From NCBI GenBank assembly GCA_963816185.1, contig CAWFJJ010000001.1:1-64000 (forward strand): a stretch of 64,000 nucleotides of DNA. Reading direction: 5' to 3'. The stretch comes from Thermoanaerobaculia bacterium. Lineage in GTDB: Bacteria > Acidobacteriota > Thermoanaerobaculia > UBA5066. This document shows, piece after piece, positions 1 through 9,732 of the stretch. Numbering within the stretch: the stretch's first letter is position 1; each line of letters opens with the position of its first letter. The position numbers and the translations under genes are program-made. The notes below the pieces were generated by a model. It made no database searches. It saw nothing but the letters and a program-made list of their open reading frames with translations, and was not told the DNA's origin.

Positions 1-15
1 GCGGCGGTTACTAAT

Positions 16-1074
16 GTGGCAGCAGGGCGTACCGAGCCTCCCGGACTTCTTGTCGTAGGAAGCTTCCCCGGCTCGGCGCCGATGGAGAGGTATCCGAGCG
101 GCGATCTGGCTGTCCGCCTCCACACACGGGGCTGGCGAGTCGTGGCAACGTCGAGAGGTGAGACTCGCCTTGGGCGCCTGTGGAACATGGTTCGGACGGT
201 TCTACGTGATCGCAGCGAGTACGACGTCGCGCTCGTTGACGTGTTCAGTGGCCCGGCATTTTTGTGGGCTGAAGCGGTGGTGCTCGCGTTGCACGCGCTT
301 CGGAAGCCGATTGTGCTCGTCCTCCACGGTGGAAATCTCCCGGAGTTTTCGCTCCGCTGGCCGAGCCGGGTCAAGCGGCTTCTTGACGGAGCCACGGTAG
401 TCACGTGTCCGTCGGCGTTCCTCGCGGAGCGGCTCCGGCGGTTTCGAGAAGGAATTCGTTGCCTGCCGAATGCGATCGACGTGTCGCGGTTCATTCCCCG
501 GGCGCCCGATAAGATCGGGTTCGAATTAGTGTGGCTGCGGGCGTTTCATGAAATGTATAACCCGACGCTGGGTCCCGCGGTTTTGGCGTGCCTCATCGGG
601 GAGTATCCGGAAACCCGGCTGACGATGATCGGCCCCGATAAGGGCGATGGTAGTCTGGAGCGGACGCGGCGGGTTGCTGAGTCGCTCGGTGTTCTTGATG
701 AGTGTCGTTTTGTGGGGCGCGTCGCGAAGGATGACGTGCCGGCCTGGCTTGCGAAGGGTGATATTTTTCTGAACACGACGAACGTGGACAATGCGCCGGT
801 CAGCGTGGTCGAGGCACAAGCGGCTGGCCTCTGCGTGGTAAGCACGAACGTCGGCGGAATCCCGTACCTTCTCGAGGATGGGAAGAATGCATTGCTGGTG
901 GCGCCCGGCGCTTCTCGTGCAATGGCAGACGCCGTTGCCAGGTTATTCAAGGAGCCGGACCTGGCCGCCGCTCTGTCGCGAAATGGTCGACGGGAAGCTG
1001 AGAAGTGCGACTGGTCGTTGATACTGCCACAGTGGGAGTCGCTGCTGCGACGCGTCGCGATTGGTGACACATGA
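16..1074 (+). CDS. Glycosyltransferase family 4 (GT-B)
   Basis: GT4 C-terminal motifs DIFLNTTNVDNAPVSVVEAQAAGLCVVSTNVGGIP; ATGA overlap with next gene; start codon uncertain. Confidence 0.9.
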   Translation: MAAGRTEPPGLLVVGSFPGSAPMERYPSGDLAVRLHTRGWRVVATSRGETRLGRLWNMVRTVLRDRSEYDVALVDVFSGPAFLWAEAVVLALHALRKPIVLVLHGGNLPEFSLRWPSRVKRLLDGATVVTCPSAFLAERLRRFREGIRCLPNAIDVSRFIPRAPDKIGFELVWLRAFHEMYNPTLGPAVLACLIGEYPETRLTMIGPDKGDGSLERTRRVAESLGVLDECRFVGRVAKDDVPAWLAKGDIFLNTTNVDNAPVSVVEAQAAGLCVVSTNVGGIPYLLEDGKNALLVAPGASRAMADAVARLFKEPDLAAALSRNGRREAEKCDWSLILPQWESLLRRVAIGDT

Positions 1075-2483
1075 GTGACGCGGCGCACGTTCTCTATCGG
1101 ATGCTGCCCTTCCCGGCGAAGACAGCGCTGGCGAGCGCCCATGGTTACAGGTTGCGCCGCTGGCGATATGGCCCGGAGACGGACCGCCTCGTGGCCGAAG
1201 CGCTCGAAAGAGACAAGTTTACGCCGGACAAGTGGAAGAGATGGCAGGCGGAACGTCTCGGACCTCTCCTTCATCGCGCGGCGACCACGGTCCCGTTTTA
1301 TCGGGAGCAGTGGGCGGGCCGCCGCCGGGCCGGTGATCGTACGCCCTGGGATGAACTCGGCAACTGGCCTATCCTTTCGAAGGAGTCCATTCGGAAGCAC
1401 CCGGAAGCCTTCGTCGCCGAGGACAGGGACATCCGAAAGCTCTTTCCCGAGGAGACGAGCGGGACGACGGGCAAGCCGCTTCGGCTGTGGCGTTCCCGCG
1501 AGGCGGAGCGTCTCTGGTACGCGCTGAATGAGGCTCGTCTCAGGATCTGGAATGGCGTTTCCCGGCATGACCGTTGGGCGAACTGCGGGGGACAGCGCGT
1601 CTCTTCGGGGAACCGCAGGCGGCCCCCGTTCTGGGTGTGGAATCACGCCCTTCACCAGCTCTATCTCTCCTCGTACCACGTCTCGCCCGGCAACGTCGCG
1701 GCGTATGCTGCAGCGCTCGACCGTTATGACGTGCGGTACCTGCTGGGCTATCCATCCGCGCTCGCGGCGCTCGCCGCAGGGGCGATCGAACAAGGCTTGA
1801 AGACGCCGCAAATGGCCGTCGTTTTGAGCAACGCGGAGCCACTTTTCGATCGACAGCGCGATGTCATCGGGCGTGCGTTTCGTGCCCCGGTCCGCGACAC
1901 GTACGGCCAGGCGGAGATCGTCGCCGCGGCCAGCGAGTGCGCTGCCGGATCGTTGCACCTCTGGCCCGACGTTGGCGTGACCGAATGGCTCGAGGACGAC
2001 GCGGATGAGCCTGTCACGCCGGGGCACGCGGGGCGGCTCGTGAGCACGGGACTTCTGAACGAGGCCATGCCGCTGGTGCGCTACGAGATGGGCGACCGCG
2101 GATTCGCGGCGGATTCCGCGGCCGCGTGCCTCTGCGGCCGTCTGCTGCCGGTTCTGAAGGGTTTCGAAGGGAGGACGGCCGATTTTCTCTACACGCCCGC
2201 AGGAAGTCCGGTCGGGGGCCTCGACACGATCTTCCATTCGGGTCTCCACATGCGGGAGGCGCAGATCGTCCAGGAGCGCCGGAATCTCATCCGGATTCGC
2301 GTCGTAGCGGCGCCGGGTTTTTCGGATGCCGACCGGATCGACATGCGGAAGGGCGTTCAAGTCCGGCTGGGCGCCGACGTCGAGGTGGTCGTCGATGTCG
2401 TCGACGAAATCGCGCGAACCCCGGCCGGAAAGTTCCGCGTGCAGGTCTGCGAACTGAGCGCGGAGGAGCGGGGCGCACCGTGA
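1071..2483 (+). CDS. Phenylacetate-CoA ligase-like / CapK-like adenylate-forming enzyme in a polysaccharide locus
   Basis: TSGTTGKP P-loop, DTYGQAE, MPLVRYEMGD, GRTAD and GKFR motifs; coupled to glycosyltransferase genes. Confidence 0.85.
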   Translation: MSDAAHVLYRMLPFPAKTALASAHGYRLRRWRYGPETDRLVAEALERDKFTPDKWKRWQAERLGPLLHRAATTVPFYREQWAGRRRAGDRTPWDELGNWPILSKESIRKHPEAFVAEDRDIRKLFPEETSGTTGKPLRLWRSREAERLWYALNEARLRIWNGVSRHDRWANCGGQRVSSGNRRRPPFWVWNHALHQLYLSSYHVSPGNVAAYAAALDRYDVRYLLGYPSALAALAAGAIEQGLKTPQMAVVLSNAEPLFDRQRDVIGRAFRAPVRDTYGQAEIVAAASECAAGSLHLWPDVGVTEWLEDDADEPVTPGHAGRLVSTGLLNEAMPLVRYEMGDRGFAADSAAACLCGRLLPVLKGFEGRTADFLYTPAGSPVGGLDTIFHSGLHMREAQIVQERRNLIRIRVVAAPGFSDADRIDMRKGVQVRLGADVEVVVDVVDEIARTPAGKFRVQVCELSAEERGAP

Positions 2484-3583
2484 CGGATTCGTCTGAGACC
2501 CTGGACGAGCGCTTCGCGGAAGTCAGGAAGACCCGTGCGGACACGGTCCCGTTCGTGAGCGTCGTCATGCCGGTCCGCGATGAGGCCGGCTTCATGACAC
2601 GGAGCCTGGGCGCCGTGCTGGCGCAGGATTACCCTCCCGATCGGATGGAGGTGATCGTGGCCGACGGCATGTCCGGGGACGGAACCCGCGAGGTGGTGCT
2701 CCGCCTGGCGGCGTCGGATCCCCGGGTGACGCTGGTCGAAAACCCGGGACGAATCGCGCCGACAGCCCTGAACGCCGCGATTGCCCGTTCGCGTGGTGAC
2801 GTCGTGGTCCGCGTGGATGGCCACTGCGAGGTCGCGCCGGACTACATCTCCCGCTGCGTCGCGCATCTGGCGGCGGGCGACGCCGACGGAGTGGGTGGTC
2901 CGCTCGAGACGGTCGGCGAGACGCCGGTGGCAAGGGTCATTGCGCTCGCGATGGGTTTCCCGTTCGGCGTGGGCGGCGCGCCGTTCCGGACGCGCCGGGC
3001 TTACACGGGTCTCGTCGACACGGTGGCATTCCCGGCTTATACGCGCGCCGCTCTCGAGAGGGCCGGGCCTTACGACGAGGAGCTCGTTCGCAACCAGGAC
3101 GACGAGTACAACTACAGATTGAGATCGTTCGGCGGCCGGATCCTCCTGGCGGCTGACGTTCGGGCCCGGTATTTCAGTCGGGGCGCGCTTCGCTCGCTCT
3201 TCCGCCAGTATTTTCAGTACGGGCTCTTCAAGGTTCGCGTCCTCCAGAAACACCCGCGGCAAATGCGACCGCGACAGTTCATTCCACCGCTCTTCGTGGC
3301 AACTCTGCTTCTTCTGGCGCTTGGAGCGCTCTTTGCCCCGGCAGCTCGGATCGGCCTCCTGGGCGTGGCGGGCACCTACGTCGTTGCGTGCCTCCTCGCC
3401 TCGGCCGCGGCCGCGCGCGGGACGGGATTCCCGGAAGCCCTTCTCCTGCCCGCGGTCTTCGCCGTCCTTCACCTGTCGTACGGGATCGGTTTCCTCGCCG
3501 GCCTGGTCCGGTTCGCGGGCCGCTGGGGAGACCGCGCAACGCGTGCACCGTCCGGCAGCCTCGGCCTCGCGGTGCATTCATGA
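2480..3583 (+). CDS. Glycosyltransferase family 2 (ExoA-like) with C-terminal TM helices
   Basis: VSVVMPVRDE, ADGMSGDGT, RVDGH, RNQDDEYNYRLR; GTG at 2480 overlaps the upstream TGA. Confidence 0.9.
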   Translation: MTDSSETLDERFAEVRKTRADTVPFVSVVMPVRDEAGFMTRSLGAVLAQDYPPDRMEVIVADGMSGDGTREVVLRLAASDPRVTLVENPGRIAPTALNAAIARSRGDVVVRVDGHCEVAPDYISRCVAHLAAGDADGVGGPLETVGETPVARVIALAMGFPFGVGGAPFRTRRAYTGLVDTVAFPAYTRAALERAGPYDEELVRNQDDEYNYRLRSFGGRILLAADVRARYFSRGALRSLFRQYFQYGLFKVRVLQKHPRQMRPRQFIPPLFVATLLLLALGALFAPAARIGLLGVAGTYVVACLLASAAAARGTGFPEALLLPAVFAVLHLSYGIGFLAGLVRFAGRWGDRATRAPSGSLGLAVHS

Positions 3584-4878
3584 CGATTCCAGCCGTTTCC
3601 CGCGGCGGTGCGACGAAGGGCATCGTCAGAGTCGCCGTGTTTGCCGTGTCGGCTGGTGCGGTGCTCTGCTTCCGGGCGGTCCTGCCCGAGAGTGCGGCTT
3701 CGAACGAGAGCTCGGATTTCACGACGTTCTACGAGCCGGTTGCCCGAAATCTCATGGAGGGACGGGGTCTCGTGCTGGACGACGGGCGCGCAGCCTTGCG
3801 GTACCCGCCCGGGTATCCCGTGATCGTCGCGGGCACCTTCGTGGTCGCCCGCGCCTTGGGCGTGTCGGAGTCGCAGGGCATCGGCGCCCTCTCGGCGATC
3901 TCGGTTGCCATCGCGGCTTTGTGTGTCTTCGAGATTGCCAGCAGAGTCTGGCCCGGGCCGCGGGCCCTCGTGGCTCCAGCGCTCGTCGCGACCTATCCGC
4001 TTCTTCTCTGGTTGTGCAAGCAGCCGAGCAGCGAGCTTCCGTTCTTGGCGCTGTTCTCGGTTGCGGTGCTCGCATTCTGGGCCACATCGGAGGGAGAGAA
4101 GCGCTACGGCCTCGCTTTGCTGGCAGGCATGTTGACGGGGCTCGCCATGCTTGTCCGTCCGATCGCGATCGGAGCCGGCGTTCTTTTCGCTGTTCTCGCG
4201 TGGTCGTGGAGTCGCGGTTCACGCCGTCATGGCGCCTTGATCGCCGGGATGCTCCTTCTGGGAAATGTTCTCGTCGTTCTGCCGTGGGAAGTGTGGGCCT
4301 TCGCCGAGACCGAAAGGGTAATCCCGCTGAGCACGGGTGGCGTCCCTGGGGTTCGTGACGGCCTGGTGTTTGCGGGCACACGAAAGACCTGGAGGGAGAC
4401 GAAGGCAGCGCCCGGAGATGTCGCGGAGTTGACGGCCGACATCGAGAGACATTACGGGGAGCTGAGAAGATTGAGAGACATTGGGTTGCTGCTCGCGCGG
4501 GAGGTCGCCGAACGGCCTCTTGCCGTCGGGAAACTCCTCGCCTGGAAGGCGGTTCGCGTCTGGTATGCGACTGACAGTCGTCGGTATGAAGTGGCCATCG
4601 CACTTCTTCAGATTCCATATTTCGTTCTTCTGGCGTGGACTGGCTACAGGGCTCGGGCGCAGGGCGCCGAGGCGGCCCGTCTCGTTTCGTTGCTCGCGGG
4701 ATGCTGCGTCTTGTTCTGGACGATGGCGTTCGTGGCCCTCTCGATCGTGCGGTACGTCGTTCCGGCGATCGTTCTCACCTTCGCAATTGTGCCGGCAGCT
4801 CTTCCGGCGCGATCTGAGCTGGCGCGTTATCTGAGGCCATCCCCGCGAGAGGGCCCCCCTCGTGGCGGTCTTACATGA
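3580..4878 (+). CDS. Polytopic membrane glycosyltransferase (GT-C fold, ArnT/PMT-like)
   Basis: N-terminal TM then SDFTTFYEPVARNL..G.G, YPPGYP, SELPF, LVRP motifs; many TM segments; ATGA overlap at 3580. Confidence 0.7.
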   Translation: MTIPAVSRGGATKGIVRVAVFAVSAGAVLCFRAVLPESAASNESSDFTTFYEPVARNLMEGRGLVLDDGRAALRYPPGYPVIVAGTFVVARALGVSESQGIGALSAISVAIAALCVFEIASRVWPGPRALVAPALVATYPLLLWLCKQPSSELPFLALFSVAVLAFWATSEGEKRYGLALLAGMLTGLAMLVRPIAIGAGVLFAVLAWSWSRGSRRHGALIAGMLLLGNVLVVLPWEVWAFAETERVIPLSTGGVPGVRDGLVFAGTRKTWRETKAAPGDVAELTADIERHYGELRRLRDIGLLLAREVAERPLAVGKLLAWKAVRVWYATDSRRYEVAIALLQIPYFVLLAWTGYRARAQGAEAARLVSLLAGCCVLFWTMAFVALSIVRYVVPAIVLTFAIVPAALPARSELARYLRPSPREGPPRGGLT

Positions 4879-4885
4879 GGACGAC

Positions 4886-6151
4886 ATGACGAGAGTCTCG
4901 GTTCCTTATTTCCGCCCGGATCTCTCCGGGGGCGAGATCGAGGAAGTTGTCGCCACCTTGAAGTCCGGCTGGCTCACCACGGGACCCCGGGTGAAGCGTT
5001 TCGAAGAGGAATTTTCCGCTGCCGTGGGCGGCCGGCACGCGGTCGCGGTCAACTCGGCGACAGCCGCCCTGCACCTCGCTGTCGAGGCGCTCGGCCTGAA
5101 GGCGGGACAAGGCGTGCTCGTTCCGACGATGACGTTCGCCGCTACTGCGGAGGTCGTGCGATATCTGGGCGCTGTGCCGATTCTCGTCGACTGCGATCCC
5201 GTGACGGGAAACCTCGACCTTTCGGACGCGTCGCGAATGCTTGCGGATCTCCGGGCTGGCCGCCTTTCGGCGAAAATCCCGTGTGACACCAAGGTCGTTG
5301 GGATCATTCCGGTCCACGTCGGCGGGCTGATGCTTGATATGGAAGCTGTCGGCGCGTGGGCAGCCGCGCGGAAGCTCTGGGTCGTCGAAGACGCAGCCCA
5401 CGCGTTTCCGGCGGCTTATCGGCGGTCGAGTCGGTCGAGATGGCGCAGGTGCGGCGCGAAGACGTCGGCCGTGTCCTGTTTCTCCTTCTATGCGAATAAG
5501 ACGATCACCACGGGCGAAGGGGGGATGGCCGTCACGGAAGATCGAGCGCTGGCGGACCGGATGCGGCTGATGTCGCTTCACGGCCTCTCTCACGACGCGT
5601 GGGGACGATACTCGGGGGGCGGGAGCTGGGATTACCGGATCCTCGCGCCGGGGTACAAGTACAACCTGACCGACATCGCGGCAGGAATCGGGATTCATCA
5701 GCTCGCGCGGGCGGAAAAGATGCGCCTCGCGCGGGAAGAGGTGGCGCGCCAATACCGCGAGGAGCTGGATGCGATCGAGGAGTTGGAGCTTCCTCCCGAC
5801 CCGCCCGACCGCATTCACGCGTGGCATCTCTTCCCGATCCGGCTGAGACTCGAGCGGCTGCGCATCGACCGGAACCGGTTCATGGAGGAGCTGAAGAAGG
5901 CAGGAGTCGGCTGCTCGGTCCACTGGCGTCCGCTTCATCTCCATCCTTACTACACGAAGACCTTCAGCTGGAGGGCGGCCGACCTGCCGGCCGCGACGGC
6001 GCTCTGGCCGAGGCTCGTCAGCCTGCCGATATTCCCGGGCATGCGTCGGAACGAGGTGGGCCAGGTCGTCGCGAGCGTCCGGAAACTGTGTAGAAACTTC
6101 CGCCGCCAGACGATGGCGCGGGCCTCGGGATCTTCTCGGACCGGGCGGTGA
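4886..6151 (+). CDS. DegT/DnrJ/EryC1/StrS family PLP-dependent sugar aminotransferase
   Basis: SGWLTTGP, VNSATAALH, EDAAHA, FSFYANKTITTGEGG, GYKYNLTD; GAGG RBS before ATG 4886. Confidence 0.95.
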   Translation: MTRVSVPYFRPDLSGGEIEEVVATLKSGWLTTGPRVKRFEEEFSAAVGGRHAVAVNSATAALHLAVEALGLKAGQGVLVPTMTFAATAEVVRYLGAVPILVDCDPVTGNLDLSDASRMLADLRAGRLSAKIPCDTKVVGIIPVHVGGLMLDMEAVGAWAAARKLWVVEDAAHAFPAAYRRSSRSRWRRCGAKTSAVSCFSFYANKTITTGEGGMAVTEDRALADRMRLMSLHGLSHDAWGRYSGGGSWDYRILAPGYKYNLTDIAAGIGIHQLARAEKMRLAREEVARQYREELDAIEELELPPDPPDRIHAWHLFPIRLRLERLRIDRNRFMEELKKAGVGCSVHWRPLHLHPYYTKTFSWRAADLPAATALWPRLVSLPIFPGMRRNEVGQVVASVRKLCRNFRRQTMARASGSSRTGR

Positions 6152-6846
6152 CCGGGCCCGCTGGCCTCGAAACCGAGCGAGTGCCGCGAGGCGGTCTTCC
6201 GCGAGTCGTGGAGATTCTCCTTTCGCTCGGAGGTCTCGTCGTTGCATCGCCGTTTGTCCTCGTGGCTGGCCTCGCGGTCGTCCTCGATTCGCCCGGCTCG
6301 CCATTCTTCCTTCAGGAGCGCATTGGCCAGGGAGGTCGGCGATTCCTCCTTTGGAAGCTCCGCACGATGAGGGCGGGTGACGGGCCGGAGGTGACTGCGG
6401 CTGGGGATTCGCGCGTGACCCGGGTGGGACACTTCCTCCGCAGGTTGAAGCTCGACGAGCTGCCGCAGCTCTGGAACGTCCTGAAAGGAGAGATGTCCTT
6501 CGTCGGACCGCGTCCCGAGGTTCCGGCTCTCGTCGACCTGACCAGCGAGACATGGAAGAGGGTTCTCAGCGTCCGGCCGGGAATCACCGACTCCGTGGCG
6601 CTGGCGTTGAAGGACGAGGAGGCCCTTCTGGCCGCCGTCCCGGGCGACCGTGAGCGTTTCTACCGGGAAACGCTTCAGCCTTACAAGTTAAGGGGTTACG
6701 TGGATTACCTCGACAGACGGACCGCCTGGGCGGACGTCGCCTTGATCGCCCGGACGATTCTCTCCCTTGTAAACGTCGTCCGTGTCCCTGCGGTGACGCC
6801 GGCGCAGATCGAGGCCGAGCGTGGGCCCGATACACCTCTTCCATGA
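6148..6846 (+). CDS. Bacterial sugar transferase (priming phosphoglycosyltransferase)
   Basis: FLQERIG, KLRTM, DSRVTRVGHFLRRLKLDELPQLWNVLKGEMSFVGPRPE, RPGIT. Confidence 0.95.
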   Translation: MTGPAGLETERVPRGGLPRVVEILLSLGGLVVASPFVLVAGLAVVLDSPGSPFFLQERIGQGGRRFLLWKLRTMRAGDGPEVTAAGDSRVTRVGHFLRRLKLDELPQLWNVLKGEMSFVGPRPEVPALVDLTSETWKRVLSVRPGITDSVALALKDEEALLAAVPGDRERFYRETLQPYKLRGYVDYLDRRTAWADVALIARTILSLVNVVRVPAVTPAQIEAERGPDTPLP

Positions 6847-6999
6847 GGACGGCGGACCTCGCGTACTGGCATGGAGAATTCATGTTAAAGTTTGGGGCAC
6901 TTTCTTCTTCACTTCCGGAGGCGGGGAGAGGATCCGGATAGTGACATCTGTCGGGTCTGAGCGGAGGAAACGGCAATTTCCGTCAGGATCGGGTCGAGA

Positions 7000-9003
7000 T
7001 TGAAGCGTTTGATCCGCGGCGCGTCGAACGCCCGGGAACGACTGCCTTTCTCCCTGAGCGGGCTGAGAATTCCGCTTGGACTCCTGACGCGGAGGACGCA
7101 GTTCGCCTCGGATCTGGTGGTCCTCGCGGTCAGTTTCCTCTTCGCCTACCTCCTGCGCTTCGACTTCGTCATCCAAGAGAAGGTTCTTTTCGACGCCCTC
7201 ATCCAGCTCCCCTATGTAGTTCTGATACAGATCGTTTCGCTGGCCCTGGCCGGCGTCTACAGCTTCATCTGGCGCTACGTCGGCATGCGCGAGGTGCGTT
7301 CCTTCGCCAATGCCTTCTTCTGGTCGTCCCTCGTTCTCACGGCGCTCCGGCTCATGCTCCCGGCTCGGTTCAGTGACTGGCGCGTCCCCCTCTCCGTCAT
7401 TCTGATGGGAACCATTCTCGGCTTTCTGGGGGTCCTGGGCCTTCGGGTGGTGCGGCGGGCCCTCTGGGAGAGCGAGGAAAGGAGCCGGCGCCGCCCGCGG
7501 TCCTCTTCAGGGGAGTTTGCGCCGACGCTCTTCTTCGGGGTGGGAGAAGCGGGAGTCCTGGCGGCGCGTGAAGTCTCAGGGCGAACGGACACCAATCTCG
7601 ATGTCCGGGGCTTCATCGACGACGACCCCAAGAAGCAGGGAACTGTGGTCCTCGGCATCCCCGTCATCGGGACCCGCGCCGACCTGCCGCGGCTCGTAAA
7701 GGAGCTCGGGATTACTCAGGTCGTCATCACCATCGCCCGGATCTCGCGTCCGGAGGTTCAGAAGTTGATGGCGCTCTGCCAGTCGATTCCAGTCGCCTGC
7801 CGGACCATTCCCGGCTTCTCGGAGGTGCTCGAGGGGAAGGTGAAGGTGACGCGGATCCGCGATGTGAAGGCCGAGGATCTTTTCGACCGGCTACCGGTGG
7901 AGCTGGACGAGAAGCTCGTGAGTGGATTCCTCGAGAGGAAGACGGTCCTCGTCACGGGAGCGGGCGGCTCGATTGGATCGGAGCTGGCGCGCCAGGTGGC
8001 TACCTTCCGGCCGGCCCGGATCCTCCTCGTGGAGAGGTCCGAGTTCGCGCTCTTCGAGATCGAGCAGGAGCTCAAACGCCGGCTCCGAAAGTTCAACGAC
8101 GTCCCGATCGAACCGCTCGTAGCCGACGTCGGAGACGTGCCGCGGATGACCCAGATCCTGACGCTCTACAGGCCGAGCGTCGTCTTTCACGCGGCGGCGC
8201 ACAAGCATGTCCCGATGATGGAGGCGAACCCGGCCGAGGCGATCAAGAACAACGTCCTCGCCACGCGCCGGCTCGGGGAGCTGGCGTACGAGCACGGCGT
8301 CGAGACCTTCGTTCTGATCTCGACGGACAAGGCGGTGAGACCGAGCTCGATCATGGGAGCCTCGAAACGGGTCGCCGAGCTCGTGATCCAGGACTTGGCC
8401 CGCCGGAACCGGACCCGTTTCCTCGCCGTCCGGTTCGGAAACGTCATGGATTCGGCCGGCTCGGTGATCCCGACGTTCCGGGAGCAGATCGCCGACGGAG
8501 GGCCGGTCACCGTCACGCACCCGGAGATGAAGCGGTACTTCATGACGATTCCCGAAGCGGCCCGGCTCGTCCTGCAGGCGGGCTGCCTGGGGCGGGGCGG
8601 CGAGATCCTCGTCCTGGAAATGGGGGAGCAGGTGAAGATCCTCGACGTGGCGACCGCCCTCATCAAGCTGACCGGGCTGAAACCATTCGAGGAGATGCCG
8701 ATCGTCTTCACGGGCCTCCGCCCCGGGGAGAAGCTGGCCGAGGAGCTCGAGCTGAGCGGCGAGGAATTCGCAAAGACCCGGCACCCGAGGATTCTCATCG
8801 GAAAGCTCGCCAGCGTGGAACCCATGAGACTCATCCGCGTTCTGGAGCGGCTCGAGGACAGGGCCTTCTTCGGAGACGGAAAGGAGATTCGGGCCATCCT
8901 GAGTGATTTCCTGCCCGAGGCCAGGCTGGATGCTCCGATCAAGTCGGCTGAGATGCCCCTCTTTCCGGAAACGACAGGAGGAAGAGGTCCGCACGCCGCC
9001 TGA
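7000..9003 (+). CDS. Membrane-bound nucleotide-sugar 4,6-dehydratase (CapD/PglF/WbpM family)
   Basis: Four N-terminal TMs; GFIDDD; VLVTGAGGSIGSEL, HAAAHKHVP, ISTDKAV, MGASKR, VRFGNV, RYFMTIPEA, GLRPGEKL. Confidence 0.95.
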   Translation: MKRLIRGASNARERLPFSLSGLRIPLGLLTRRTQFASDLVVLAVSFLFAYLLRFDFVIQEKVLFDALIQLPYVVLIQIVSLALAGVYSFIWRYVGMREVRSFANAFFWSSLVLTALRLMLPARFSDWRVPLSVILMGTILGFLGVLGLRVVRRALWESEERSRRRPRSSSGEFAPTLFFGVGEAGVLAAREVSGRTDTNLDVRGFIDDDPKKQGTVVLGIPVIGTRADLPRLVKELGITQVVITIARISRPEVQKLMALCQSIPVACRTIPGFSEVLEGKVKVTRIRDVKAEDLFDRLPVELDEKLVSGFLERKTVLVTGAGGSIGSELARQVATFRPARILLVERSEFALFEIEQELKRRLRKFNDVPIEPLVADVGDVPRMTQILTLYRPSVVFHAAAHKHVPMMEANPAEAIKNNVLATRRLGELAYEHGVETFVLISTDKAVRPSSIMGASKRVAELVIQDLARRNRTRFLAVRFGNVMDSAGSVIPTFREQIADGGPVTVTHPEMKRYFMTIPEAARLVLQAGCLGRGGEILVLEMGEQVKILDVATALIKLTGLKPFEEMPIVFTGLRPGEKLAEELELSGEEFAKTRHPRILIGKLASVEPMRLIRVLERLEDRAFFGDGKEIRAILSDFLPEARLDAPIKSAEMPLFPETTGGRGPHAA

Positions 9004-9616
9004 CGCCGTACTTGGTCAGGACATTCGAGACGTGAAACTTCGCGGTACGGCTCGAGATCCGTCGCTTCGAGGCGATCTCCTTGTTCGAGAGATTCTGGAG
9101 AAGGTCGTCCAGGATCTCCTGCTCGCGCGGCGTCAGCGTCGGGGCAGGACCCACCGGTTGCTCGGGAGCCCTGGCCGCCCGCGTTTCATCGACGAAGCGC
9201 GAGAGGAGAGCCCGCGGAACCCAGAATCCGCCTGCGTCAACCTCCTCGAGAATGCGCGGCAGCCGTTGCGAACCCTCCGAGTACGTGATGAGCCCCTTTG
9301 CGCCAAGACGAAGAAGCGAGAAGGCGGCAGGCTCCGTGAACTCCTCGGCCAGCACGATCGCTCGGGCCGATGGATTCGCGGCGAGAACCTGCGTGACGAT
9401 CGCATCCGCCGGCGGGTCCTGAGCGCTCTCGATCACGTACAGAGCCGTCTTCTGCGGCAAACGACGTTCGAGGGAAGAAAGGGATGGGGGTTCGATCCTG
9501 ACCGCAAGGAGCTCGAACGCCCCGTCCGGGAGGGCGCGCTGAACCTCCGCGAGGACCAGAGGGTGCTTCCAGAGGAGACAAACGCGAACTCGGGAGGCCG
9601 AAGAATCTTTTTTCAC
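8939..9616 (-). CDS. LuxR/NarL-type transcription factor with atypical receiver domain
   Basis: C-terminal LTPREQEIL..LSNKEIA..ISSRTAKFHVSNVLTKYGV HTH; GAKGLI receiver remnant; GTG 9616 preceded by TAATCT; 3' end overlaps the dehydratase gene. Confidence 0.85.
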   Translation of the reverse strand: MKKDSSASRVRVCLLWKHPLVLAEVQRALPDGAFELLAVRIEPPSLSSLERRLPQKTALYVIESAQDPPADAIVTQVLAANPSARAIVLAEEFTEPAAFSLLRLGAKGLITYSEGSQRLPRILEEVDAGGFWVPRALLSRFVDETRAARAPEQPVGPAPTLTPREQEILDDLLQNLSNKEIASKRRISSRTAKFHVSNVLTKYGVRRRADLFLLSFPERGASQPT

Positions 9617-9732
9617 TGCCGGGAGATTATTCCTTTCGCGGTTCCCCGGGGAGCGCCGGGACAAGGCTCGAAAAGAAACCGGCCTCCTCCGGCCTCTATA
9701 CTCGGTTCGTGCCTCTTCTTCGGCTGAGACGT

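Noticed and set aside
6847-6999. AT-rich gap before the dehydratase as a JUMPStart/ops element or sRNA
   Set aside because: No GGCGGTAG ops core or stable structure was found. It is probably an ordinary promoter region.
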